A DNA stretch of 64,000 nucleotides from positions 134,992 through 198,991 of the forward strand of contig CAYUET010000001.1 in assembly GCA_964443875.1 (NCBI GenBank), written 5' to 3'. Numbering within the stretch: the stretch's first letter is position 1; each line of letters starts with the position of its first letter. The translations under genes and the position numbers were made by a program. Of the stretch, positions 8,602-17,398 are shown one piece after another. The DNA is from an uncultured bacterium (GTDB lineage: Bacteria; Auribacterota; JAFGBW01). The notes under the pieces were generated by a model. It did not search any database and was not told where the DNA came from. It saw nothing but the letters and a program-made list of their open reading frames with translations.

Positions 8602-9963
8602 ATGACTATTAGAAAAGTACTGGTTGTGGATGATGAACCTCTGATGAGGGATTTTGTCGGTGAAACCCTTCTTCGAATGGGTTGTGAAGTCAAGTTTGCC
8701 TCGGAGGGACTTGCGGCGATAAGATTGCTTGAAAATGAAAATTTTGATCTTGTTTTCAGTGATATGAAGCTTCCGAAATTATCCGGGCTTGAAGTGCTGA
8801 AAAGCACAAAAGAATTAAGCCCAAAAACAGAAGTTGTCATTATGACAGCATATGGAACCATTGAAACAGCCATAGACGCCATGAAATCCGGCGCATCGGA
8901 TTATCTTTTAAAGCCTTTTACACCTGAACAGGTGGAGCTAGTAGTGGATAAAATTTCATCCAGCGTTTCTCTGAAGGCGGAAAATGAGTATCTTCGCCGG
9001 GAAGTGAATGAAAATTACGGTTTTGGAGAAATCATAGGTCAGTCAGAGCCTCTTCAGGATATTTACAACCTAATCAAAAAAGTTGCAGAGTCCAAAGCCA
9101 GTGTTTTGATAAGCGGAGAGACCGGGACAGGTAAGGAGCTTATTGCAAGGGCCATTCATTACAACAGCGACAGAAAAAATAAACCTTTTATCAAGTTTAA
9201 TTGCGCAGCTTTACCTGAAAATCTTATTGAAAGCGAGCTTTTCGGACATGAAAAGGGCGCTTTTACAGGCGCAAATATCTTAAGGCAGGGAAGGTTTGAG
9301 CTTGCTGACGGAGGAACCATTTTTTTGGATGAAATATCTGAAATTGATATTTCTCTTCAGCCGAAATTGTTAAGGGTACTTCAGGAAAGGGAGTTTGAAC
9401 GGGTCGGATCAGCCAGAAGCATAAAGGTGGATGTAAGAATTTTAGCCAGCACAAACCGCGATTTAAAGGCGGAAATTGAAAAAGGAACTTTCAGGGAAGA
9501 TCTGTATTATCGTCTGAATGTTGTTCCTGTTCATCTGCCTCCCCTGAGGGAAAGAAAAGGGGATGTCCTTCTTTTGTCTGAAAAGTTTTTAAAACGTTTT
9601 TCCCAGGAAAACAAAAAACAGGCAAAATCCTTTACGAAAGAGGCTCTGGATCTTTTAGAAAAATATCCCTGGCCCGGGAATGTTCGCGAGTTGGAAAATG
9701 TTATTGAAAGAGCTGTTGTTATGGATCGAAGCAATGTTATTGAACCTAAGGATTTGGGGATATCTCTTGAAGCTTCGGATTCTTTTATGCATCAGGCTAA
9801 AACAGATAAGCCTACCGGACAGACTTTGGCTGAGATGGAAAAAGATCTTATCGTAAGCACTCTGGATCACTACCAGGGGAACAGGACAAAAACAGCGGAT
9901 GTGTTAGGCATAAGTATCCGGACTTTAAGGAATAAACTACATGAATACCATCTCATGTCCTAG
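8602..9963 (+). CDS. NtrC-family sigma-54-dependent response regulator (REC + AAA+ + Fis-type HTH), FlgR/FlrC/FleR-like flagellar activator by context
   Basis: REC domain (VLVVDDEPLMRDF...D54-like FSDMKLP). AAA+ Walker A GETGTGKE. The GAFTGA sigma-54 contact loop is present (EKGAFTGA). C-terminal HTH (TADVLGISIRTLRNKL). Confidence 0.85.
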   Translation: MTIRKVLVVDDEPLMRDFVGETLLRMGCEVKFASEGLAAIRLLENENFDLVFSDMKLPKLSGLEVLKSTKELSPKTEVVIMTAYGTIETAIDAMKSGASDYLLKPFTPEQVELVVDKISSSVSLKAENEYLRREVNENYGFGEIIGQSEPLQDIYNLIKKVAESKASVLISGETGTGKELIARAIHYNSDRKNKPFIKFNCAALPENLIESELFGHEKGAFTGANILRQGRFELADGGTIFLDEISEIDISLQPKLLRVLQEREFERVGSARSIKVDVRILASTNRDLKAEIEKGTFREDLYYRLNVVPVHLPPLRERKGDVLLLSEKFLKRFSQENKKQAKSFTKEALDLLEKYPWPGNVRELENVIERAVVMDRSNVIEPKDLGISLEASDSFMHQAKTDKPTGQTLAEMEKDLIVSTLDHYQGNRTKTADVLGISIRTLRNKLHEYHLMS

Positions 9964-10090
9964 GTATTTTTTACCTTTAAAAATAGAAGCAGGGAAAAAT
10001 ATGCCCTTTTGGAATTGCGGTGATTTAGGGTGTTTTTGTTGTAATGATCTAAATTAGAATAGATTAAGTATATTTTGTCTGATGAATTAA

Positions 10091-10106
10091 TGGTATGTTA
10101 TTTGCA
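10091..10106 (+). promoter_or_regulatory. Sigma-54 (-24/-12) promoter TGGTATGTTATTTGCA upstream of flgB
   Basis: 10 of 12 defined consensus positions match TGGCACG-N4-TTGCA, with exact GG-N10-GC spacing. It lies 29 nt upstream of the GTG start of flgB, which is preceded by an AAAAGGAAAAG Shine-Dalgarno. Confidence 0.6.
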
Positions 10107-10134
10107 TTATAGATATTAAAAAAGGAAAAGTGTT

Positions 10135-10512
10135 GTGATTCTGAACAGTTTATTTAATAACAAAATAAATACCATACTTAAAAAGGTGATGGATTGCAAT
10201 GTGCAGAAGCATGCGGTTATTACCAATAATATTGCCAATATTGAGACCCCGGGTTTTACTGCAAAACGTTTTGAATTTGAAGAGGCTCTGCAAAATGCTG
10301 TTCATACTGGAAACATAGACATCATTCAAAATGCATCCGGTGAAGTGGTTAATAATTATGATAATCCTTACCGCATGGATATGAATAATGTCGATATTGA
10401 AAAAGAACTTCTTTCAATGGAAGAAAACCGTATGCAGTATGAAACAATCGGAACGCTTTTAAAGAAAAAATTGCTGAAATGGAATAAAATAATTGAGGGA
10501 GTAAAAGGCTAA
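10135..10512 (+). CDS. flgB: Flagellar basal-body rod protein FlgB
   Basis: 125 aa, GTG start. Conserved rod N-terminal motif (VITNNIANIETPGFTAKRFEFEE). Position as the first gene of the flgBC-fliE operon. Confidence 0.8.
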   Translation: MILNSLFNNKINTILKKVMDCNVQKHAVITNNIANIETPGFTAKRFEFEEALQNAVHTGNIDIIQNASGEVVNNYDNPYRMDMNNVDIEKELLSMEENRMQYETIGTLLKKKLLKWNKIIEGVKG

Positions 10513-10940
10513 TGTCCATGTTTGATTCCATAAAGATAAGTGCTTCTGCTTTAAGTGCTGAACGTGTAAGAATGAATGTGATTGCCAATAACCTGGCAAA
10601 CATCAATACCACAAAAGGTCCGGACGGAGAGCCTTATAAGAGAAAATACGTTGTTTTTGAAACATTGTTAAATAATTCTTTGACCGATTCCGATGAGATA
10701 AGAGAGAATGGAGTTGCGATTTCTGATATTGCTGAAGATCAGAGACCTTTCAGGAGGGTTTATAAGCCAGGACATCCTGATGCAGACAAAGACGGATACC
10801 TGTCTCTTCCCAACATTGATATGGTTGAAGAAAATGTGGATTTACTGGCATCTTCAAGAGCTTATGATGCCAACTTGAGTGCCATGAAGGCTTCCAAATC
10901 CATGCTGCGAAAAATGATTGAACTTTTATCCATGGAATAA
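10512..10940 (+). CDS. flgC: Flagellar basal-body rod protein FlgC
   Basis: 142 aa. MSMFDSIKISASALSAERVRMNVIANNLANINTT N-terminus and LASSRAYDANLSAMKASKSMLRKMIELL C-terminus are typical FlgC. Confidence 0.85.
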   Translation: MSMFDSIKISASALSAERVRMNVIANNLANINTTKGPDGEPYKRKYVVFETLLNNSLTDSDEIRENGVAISDIAEDQRPFRRVYKPGHPDADKDGYLSLPNIDMVEENVDLLASSRAYDANLSAMKASKSMLRKMIELLSME

Positions 10941-10955
10941 CAGGAGTACTAACGG

Positions 10956-11282
10956 ATGAGTGAGATTGACCCTGCTAACATTTCAAAGATTGATATCTCA
11001 AAAATTTATGAGAATCAGAAAAAGAATATGCTTGAAGGAAACCGGGAAACCAATTCCACGGGTTTCAAAGATATTCTCGGGGGTTTTATGAATGATGTCA
11101 ATGAGCTTCAGATCAAAGCTGATGATAAACTTGAAAAATTGGCAACAGGGGAAATCAAGGACTTGCATGAGGTTATGATTGCAGCTACCGAAGCCGACAC
11201 TTCTTTTAAAATCATGATGGAAATAAGAAGTAAATTGATGAGTGCTTACAAGGAAATCTCGAAAATGGGTGGAGGAGCCTAA
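10956..11282 (+). CDS. fliE: Flagellar hook-basal body protein FliE
   Basis: 108 aa. FKDILGGFMNDVNELQ...KLATGEIKDLHEVMIAATEADTSFKIMMEIRSKL matches the FliE family pattern. Confidence 0.8.
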   Translation: MSEIDPANISKIDISKIYENQKKNMLEGNRETNSTGFKDILGGFMNDVNELQIKADDKLEKLATGEIKDLHEVMIAATEADTSFKIMMEIRSKLMSAYKEISKMGGGA

Positions 11283-11347
11283 GATATCCGATATAATTTA
11301 ATGTAATTTTTTAATATAAAGTTCCAGCTTGATGAAATGGGGGAGGT

Positions 11348-13006
11348 ATGGAATTTTTTCAGAAACTAAAAAGTCAGATCACTGATTTTCTTAAAGTTGT
11401 TGATCCGGGAACCAAATTATTAGCCTTTATGATGATAGGCGTTTTGTTTATTTCTGTTATCATTGCGGTTTTTATGAACAGGACACCCGACTTTACATTG
11501 CTTTTCAGCAATATCACTGAATCAACAGCCGCTGATATTGTCAAAACTCTTGATGATAACAATGTTGAGTATGAATTAAAAAACAACGGCAAAAATATTT
11601 ATGTCAAAAAAGACAAAGCTAACCGAGTCAGGCTTCTTTTAAAAGCAAAAGGGCTGCCTAAAGACGGAGACAGGGTTGGTTTTGAAATTTTTGATAAAAC
11701 AAATCTAGGGGTTACAGATTTTGTTCAGAATGTTCAGCATCATCGTGCACTTGCCGGAGAGCTTGAAAGAACAATAAGCGGGATTAGGGGGGTTGAAGGA
11801 GTAAGGGTTCATATCGTTATTCCTGAAGAAAAACTGTTTGAGAAGGAAAAGACCTCCGCCTCCGCCACCATTATGCTTACCCTCCATCATGAGGGCGCTC
11901 TTGATGCTTCTCAGATTGATGGTATACGTCAGCTCACCTCTTCTTCCATAGAAGGGATGAAGCCTAAAAATGTGACTGTGGTGGATAATTTTGGAAATGT
12001 ACTGGCTTCCGTCGAAGACAGCAGTGATGAAGGACTGTCCGGAATTTCTTCCCGAATGGCCCTTCAAAAAAGCGTTGAATCCTATTACATTAAAAAGGTT
12101 CAAACCCTTTTAGATTCCGTTTTAGGAGGCAGTAATTCCGTTGTCCGGATCGATGCGCTTCTTGATTTTGATAAAATTGAAGAAACTGAAGAAAAATATG
12201 ATCCTGAATCTGCAGTGGTGAGAACTGAAACAATTACCTCAGAAAAAGCTTCAGGTGCAACGAGTTCTGCAAAAGGCCCTCCCGGAGTCCAGAGCAACAT
12301 GTCTCCAGCCAATAAATCGGGGGGAGGTTCTTCTCAGGAAAACCAGACAAGCCGTGAAGTATTGAACAATAAATATGAGATCAATAAAAAAGTCAGTCAT
12401 ATCATTAAAAGTATCGGAGATGTTAAAAAACTTACGGTTTCCGTTTTTCTGAAACAAAAAGCTAAAACCGATAAGAATGGCGATCCGGTGATAGGGGAAG
12501 ATGGAAAAGTTATTTTTGAACCCCGACCCCCCGAAGAAATCAAAAATTTCAATGAAATTGTTAATAACGCCATCGGTTTTGATGAAAAACGCGGGGATAA
12601 GGTCGTCATAAAAGAAGTTCCTTTTGATAAAAAGGGGGATGAAGCGTTCTTTAAAAAGGAAAGTTTTGTTTCAAGAGATATCCATTCGGCAATCGCTCCG
12701 GGTCTTAAATTTATTCTATTATTCGGATTGATTTTTTTATTTTTGACTCTTCTTAAAAAACGTCTTAATCATGAAGGATATTCCTCCGTCCAGACAAAAC
12801 ATATTCATGAAAGCGGCAGAGGGGCAACAGGGAATAAAATGGCTCAGATTGCTGAAGTTTATGATGCCGGAGAACTATCGGTCATCAAAGAAAAAGGACT
12901 TAAAGCTGTAGAAAAGGGCGCTTTTGTTGAAAGTGAAATTTCAAAACTTGTTGAGAACTTTCCTACTGAAACAGAACTTGTATTAAAGAACTGGCTTAAG
13001 GATTAA
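11348..13006 (+). CDS. fliF: Flagellar MS-ring protein FliF
   Basis: 552 aa. N-terminal TM helix (LLAFMMIGVLFISVIIAVFM) and a second TM near aa 450 (FILLFGLIFLFLTLL). Internal YscJ/FliF-like region. Sits between fliE and fliG. Confidence 0.8.
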   Translation: MEFFQKLKSQITDFLKVVDPGTKLLAFMMIGVLFISVIIAVFMNRTPDFTLLFSNITESTAADIVKTLDDNNVEYELKNNGKNIYVKKDKANRVRLLLKAKGLPKDGDRVGFEIFDKTNLGVTDFVQNVQHHRALAGELERTISGIRGVEGVRVHIVIPEEKLFEKEKTSASATIMLTLHHEGALDASQIDGIRQLTSSSIEGMKPKNVTVVDNFGNVLASVEDSSDEGLSGISSRMALQKSVESYYIKKVQTLLDSVLGGSNSVVRIDALLDFDKIEETEEKYDPESAVVRTETITSEKASGATSSAKGPPGVQSNMSPANKSGGGSSQENQTSREVLNNKYEINKKVSHIIKSIGDVKKLTVSVFLKQKAKTDKNGDPVIGEDGKVIFEPRPPEEIKNFNEIVNNAIGFDEKRGDKVVIKEVPFDKKGDEAFFKKESFVSRDIHSAIAPGLKFILLFGLIFLFLTLLKKRLNHEGYSSVQTKHIHESGRGATGNKMAQIAEVYDAGELSVIKEKGLKAVEKGAFVESEISKLVENFPTETELVLKNWLKD

Positions 13007-13008
13007 AT

Positions 13009-14025
13009 ATGGAACTATCCGATTTAACCCCCAGACAAAAAGCGGCTATTTTTGTGTTGGCGATAGGAAAGGAAAAAGCCGCAAAGATTTTTAAAAATCT
13101 GGAAGACCATGAAATCGATAAACTTACTCTTGCCATTACCGATATCAGTCTGATTGAGCCTAAAGTAAAGGAAGAGGTGCTGAAGGAATTTTTTCAAATT
13201 GTGGTTGCTACCCGAGGAGGGGTGGTAGGGGGAGATTCAACGGCAAAGGAATTTCTTGAAAACAGCCTTGGACGAAATGAGGCCAGCGATTACCTTACCC
13301 GTTTGAATCTCGGAAAAAAAGGGGAATCCGATATCTATAACATTTTAAAATCCGTGGATACGGCACAGTTAGCCAACTTTCTTCACTCTGAACAGCCTCA
13401 AACCATAGCTCTCGTTGTTTCTCATCTGGAACCGGCAAAAGCCGCCCAGGTTTTAGGTAGTCTGACCACGGAAGAACAAACCCAGGTCATGATGAGGATT
13501 GCAACCATGTCAGAGACTTCCCCTGAAATCGTATCCAAAGTTGCCTCGGTTGTCAAAAGGCAGCTTTCAGCCTCCATTGGACAGCAGTTGAAATCCGCAG
13601 GCGGTGTGAAATCTGTTGCTGAAATTTTAAACTTTGTAGACCGGGCCACTGAAAAAAGTATTGTCACTTCCATGGAGGAAAAGAATAAAGAGCTGGCGGA
13701 TGAAGTGAAAAAACTCATGTTTGTATTTGAAGATCTTACGCTGATTGAAGACCGTTCCATGCAGCGTGTATTAAAGGAAATTGATACTTCAGAACTCTCC
13801 CTTGCCCTTAAATCTGCAAAAGAGGAAGTTAAAACTAAAATTTTTAATAATATTTCCAAACGGGCGGCGGAGTTGATCAAGGAGGAAATCGAGTACATGG
13901 GGCCTGTTCGCCTGAAAGATGTCGAGGATGCCCAGCAGCGCATTGTCAATGTTGTACGCAGGCTTGAAGAAGAGGGTGAAATCGTCATTGCTGGCAGGGG
14001 CGGAGCCGGAGAAAAATTTGTGTAA
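13009..14025 (+). CDS. fliG: Flagellar motor switch protein FliG
   Basis: 338 aa. Typical FliG segments (LTPRQKAAIFVLAIGKEKAAKIFKNL, MFVFEDLTLIEDRSMQRVLKEIDTSELSLALK, RAAELIKEEIEYMGPVRLKDVEDAQQRIVNVVRRLEEEGEI). Confidence 0.85.
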   Translation: MELSDLTPRQKAAIFVLAIGKEKAAKIFKNLEDHEIDKLTLAITDISLIEPKVKEEVLKEFFQIVVATRGGVVGGDSTAKEFLENSLGRNEASDYLTRLNLGKKGESDIYNILKSVDTAQLANFLHSEQPQTIALVVSHLEPAKAAQVLGSLTTEEQTQVMMRIATMSETSPEIVSKVASVVKRQLSASIGQQLKSAGGVKSVAEILNFVDRATEKSIVTSMEEKNKELADEVKKLMFVFEDLTLIEDRSMQRVLKEIDTSELSLALKSAKEEVKTKIFNNISKRAAELIKEEIEYMGPVRLKDVEDAQQRIVNVVRRLEEEGEIVIAGRGGAGEKFV

Positions 14026-14028
14026 AAT

Positions 14029-14625
14029 ATGACTACTCTTCATTTAAAAATTAAGGAAGCTGTTGTTCGCAAGGAAAAAATTCCTATTGATATCCCCCGT
14101 CTCTTACAGGAAGAAGCCCTTCAAAAATATATTGAGGAAAGAGAAAGAAAAGCATTTGAAAAAGGTTTTGCTGAAGGAAGCAAAAAGGGGGCCCAGAAAA
14201 GAAATGAAGAAGTAACCCCTCTGATCAAGGCGCTTGAGGAAATTCTTGAAAAATTTAAATCCACTAAAGAAGATATCGCCAGCCAGGCGGGAAAAGAAGC
14301 TCTTCAGCTTGCTCAGACTGCTTTCAGAAAATTAAACGGGGAGTACAATGAAACCTTTAACCCCAAAATCATTGATATCATTCAGCCTGTTTTACAGAAA
14401 ATTCCGAATGCCACCCGGTTGATCATAAAATTGAATCCCCAGGACTTTAAAATTTTCTCAGAATTTAAAGATAACCTGATAAAAATCGGCCAGCTTGCGG
14501 ATTGTGAAATTGTTCAGGATTCCCAAATTACCAAAGGGGGGTGTTTCATTGAAACAGATATCGGCATGATTGATGCCACTCTTGAAACACGGGTGGAAAA
14601 AATCAGTGATTCTTTCAAGGAATGA
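14029..14625 (+). CDS. fliH: Flagellar assembly protein FliH
   Basis: 198 aa. Position between fliG and fliI, with its stop overlapping the fliI start. Charged coiled-coil N-terminus typical of FliH. Confidence 0.6.
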   Translation: MTTLHLKIKEAVVRKEKIPIDIPRLLQEEALQKYIEERERKAFEKGFAEGSKKGAQKRNEEVTPLIKALEEILEKFKSTKEDIASQAGKEALQLAQTAFRKLNGEYNETFNPKIIDIIQPVLQKIPNATRLIIKLNPQDFKIFSEFKDNLIKIGQLADCEIVQDSQITKGGCFIETDIGMIDATLETRVEKISDSFKE

Positions 14626-15953
14626 CCGGAATGACCGCCATGATTGATTTTACATCCTACAGAAAGAAAATTGAAAAGACAAATCCCTGTCAGTTGCTCG
14701 GCAGAATTCTCCATATCAACGGAATGCTGATGGAATCAAGCGGCCCTCCGGGAGCGATAGGGGATTTATGCACCATTATTGATCCTCAGACACAGGAACC
14801 TCATCTTGCGGAAATTATCGGTTTTAAACAGGATAAGTATTATCTGATGACTTATGGGGGTGAAATGACCGGAATTGCTCCGGGCACTCCCGTATACTCC
14901 ACAGGGGAATCCTTGCAGATCCCGGTCGGAGAATCCCTGAAGGGCAGGATTATCAACGGAATAGGACAGCCGATTGACGGCAGGGGAGACATTCTTGCTG
15001 AAAAATATCTTCCCTTATTGCGTCCAGCTCCCGACGCCTTGAAACGGAAAAGAATCGATACGCCCTTTCATGTGGGGATAAGGGCTATTGACGGCTGTCT
15101 CCCCATTGGGCTAGGTCAGCGCGTTGGAATTTTTTCTGGTTCCGGTGTTGGAAAATCCACCCTTCTGGGAATGATGGCCAGAGGCTCGGATGCAGAGATC
15201 AACGTTATCTGCCTTTTGGGAGAAAGAGGAAGGGAAGTCCGGGAATTTATTGAAAAGGATCTGGGCGAAGAAGGTATGAAAAAATCCGTGGTGATTGTGG
15301 TTACCTCTGACCAGCCTGCTCTCATGAAAATAAAAGGGGCGTATGTGGCAACAACCATTGCGGAATATTTCAGGGATAAAGGAAAACTTGTTTTATTTAC
15401 CATGGATTCTCTTACCCGTTTTGCCATGGCCCAAAGAGAGGTCGGGCTTTCTCTTGGAGAACCCCCCACAACAAAAGGCTACACCCCGAGTGTTTTTGCC
15501 CTGCTTCCCAAACTTCTGGAACGGACAGGAATGGGGGAAAATGGGGCTATTACCGCTTTTTACACGATTCTTGTTGATGCGGATGACTTTAATGAACCGA
15601 TTTCCGATTCCTCTCGTGCGATTTTAGACGGACATATTGTCCTGAGCCGCCGTATCGCCTCCATGAATCATTATCCTTCGATTGACGTTCTTGAAAGCGT
15701 TTCCCGTCTTGCGGATGCGGTTGCCAGTGACGAGCAGATGTTCATGCTTCGTAAAATAAAGGAATTGATGGCTGTCTACGAAGAGGCCAGGGATCTGATT
15801 AATATCGGGGCTTATGCCAAAGGGGCTAATCCCAAAATAGATGAAGCCATTTCAAAAATTGATGCCATTAACCAGTTTTTAAGGCAGAATATGTATGAGC
15901 AGACTTCTTTTGAAACAGTCATGGAAACAATGAAAAAGATTACCTCCAAATGA
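14622..15953 (+). CDS. fliI: Flagellum-specific ATP synthase FliI
   Basis: 443 aa. Walker A GSGVGKSTLLGMMAR. F1/T3SS ATPase-like sequence throughout. Overlaps fliH by 4 nt. Confidence 0.9.
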   Translation: MTGMTAMIDFTSYRKKIEKTNPCQLLGRILHINGMLMESSGPPGAIGDLCTIIDPQTQEPHLAEIIGFKQDKYYLMTYGGEMTGIAPGTPVYSTGESLQIPVGESLKGRIINGIGQPIDGRGDILAEKYLPLLRPAPDALKRKRIDTPFHVGIRAIDGCLPIGLGQRVGIFSGSGVGKSTLLGMMARGSDAEINVICLLGERGREVREFIEKDLGEEGMKKSVVIVVTSDQPALMKIKGAYVATTIAEYFRDKGKLVLFTMDSLTRFAMAQREVGLSLGEPPTTKGYTPSVFALLPKLLERTGMGENGAITAFYTILVDADDFNEPISDSSRAILDGHIVLSRRIASMNHYPSIDVLESVSRLADAVASDEQMFMLRKIKELMAVYEEARDLINIGAYAKGANPKIDEAISKIDAINQFLRQNMYEQTSFETVMETMKKITSK

Positions 15954-16396
15954 AAAAATTCAAATTCAAACTCAAGGCGGTTTTAAGGGAGCGGGAAATC
16001 CGTGAAGATGAGAAAAAAAGGGATTTCGGTGTTGCCATGGGAAAACTTCAGAAGGAAAAAGATATTTTGTCCGGATATCAGCAAAATAAGGAAGACTCTT
16101 TTGATTTTTTAAAACTTCACAAACAACAGGAGTTTCCGAATATCGGAACACTCCGTTTATATGAAACGTATCTGCTTCATCTGAATAAAAAAATCAATCT
16201 TCAATGTGCAACCATTCTGCAGGCCGCCTCCAATGTATCTGCAGCCCGACAGAGACTGCTCGAAGCGACCCGGAGGAAAAAGATACTTGAAACTCTGAAG
16301 GATCATCAGAAACAAAGATATTATCTGGAAGCTGAGAAACAGGATTTAAAAGAAATGGATGAATATAATGTTTTAAAGGCGGTACATCATGAATAA
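15950..16396 (+). CDS. fliJ: Flagellar export protein FliJ
   Basis: 148 aa coiled-coil. N-terminus KFKFKLKAVLREREIREDEKKRDFGVA resembles FliJ family starts. Follows fliI with a 4-nt overlap. Confidence 0.65.
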   Translation: MKKFKFKLKAVLREREIREDEKKRDFGVAMGKLQKEKDILSGYQQNKEDSFDFLKLHKQQEFPNIGTLRLYETYLLHLNKKINLQCATILQAASNVSAARQRLLEATRRKKILETLKDHQKQRYYLEAEKQDLKEMDEYNVLKAVHHE

Positions 16397-17018
16397 TATC
16401 CTTAAACTTCTGGGAATTGCTGCTGCTGTTGTTATAATTATTCTTCTTATTGTTATCTTTACTGTACCTTCGTTAAAAAAGACTGTATTCGGTTCACCGG
16501 AAGAAGAAGCCCTGAAAACTAAAGAAGAGACTGCTGTAAAAGCTTCAATTCCAGTTATTAAAGATACTTATATTCCCAATAAGGAAGTTTTAGAGCTGGC
16601 TGAAACGCTAAAACAAAGGGAAGTTAAATTAAAAGAAAATGAAGAGCGTGTTCAGCGTCAGATGGTTTTAATGGAAAAAGAAAAACAGGAACTTGTCAAA
16701 ATAAGAAATGAAATACAGACTTTGCATCAGACCATTGCAGCCAATATCACTAAAAACGTTGAGTATTACATTCCTTTGATAAAAGAGGCTGAAAAGAAAA
16801 ATCTTAAGAAAATGGCTAAAATGTTTGAAACACTTTCTCCTGAAAACGCCAATCCCATTATGGCTCGTATGCCGGATCAGACCCTGGTGATTGTCCTGTC
16901 TTTTATGAAACCCCGAAATTCAGCGAAATTGCTGGCAGGGTACGCGGCCTACAACGCGGATAGTCCCAGAAGGGCGGCTGAACTTACTGAAAAACTCAGA
17001 AATCTGGTCATCCAATAA
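16389..17018 (+). CDS. MotE/YlxF-like flagellar protein (N-terminal TM, coiled coil, MgtE_N-like C-terminal domain)
   Basis: 209 aa. TM LLGIAAAVVIIILLIVIF. C-terminal block (MAKMFETLSPENANPIMARMPDQTLVIVLSFMKPRNSAKLLAGY) resembles the MgtE_N fold found in MotE/YlxF proteins that follow fliJ in Bacillus-type fla operons. Confidence 0.45.
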   Translation: MNNILKLLGIAAAVVIIILLIVIFTVPSLKKTVFGSPEEEALKTKEETAVKASIPVIKDTYIPNKEVLELAETLKQREVKLKENEERVQRQMVLMEKEKQELVKIRNEIQTLHQTIAANITKNVEYYIPLIKEAEKKNLKKMAKMFETLSPENANPIMARMPDQTLVIVLSFMKPRNSAKLLAGYAAYNADSPRRAAELTEKLRNLVIQ

Positions 17019-17111
17019 ATTTCCGCTTTACAAAAATCCTGTAAGCTGGTAATAATACGCCTCCAAAATTATTTTTACATCAAACTTGCATAATAAAAGA
17101 GGGTTGAAGCA

Positions 17112-17336
17112 ATGGTAAAACGATTTTCCATCCAGGAACTTGCCAGAAAAACAAACAATATTTATGCCTTGGTTCGTACATTGGCAACACGTGCCGTTGA
17201 TTTAAACAGAGGTGCTCAGCCACTCCTTCTTAAACCCAAGAGTAAAAATTCAACCACCATTGCTTTGGAAGAAATGATGGCTGGTAAACTGAATATTAAA
17301 ACTCAGGTTTTCCCGGAACAAAACGAAGAAAATTAA
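17112..17336 (+). CDS. rpoZ: DNA-directed RNA polymerase omega subunit
   Basis: 74 aa. NNIYALVRTLATRAVDLNRGAQPLL and STTIALEEMMAGKL align by eye with the E. coli RpoZ blocks [25 protein letters not shown] and TTVIALREIEEGL. Confidence 0.65.
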   Translation: MVKRFSIQELARKTNNIYALVRTLATRAVDLNRGAQPLLLKPKSKNSTTIALEEMMAGKLNIKTQVFPEQNEEN

Positions 17337-17398
17337 TTCTTTTTTTATTCTCGATAATAACCCGGGATTAATAGAATTATCCTTTTAAAGAGGAAAAT

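Noticed and set aside
17019-17111. Sigma-54-like match TGGTAATAATACGC upstream of rpoZ
   Set aside because: Spacing is off by one (GG-N9-GC), and a sigma-54 promoter is not expected for rpoZ. Probably a sigma-70 promoter.
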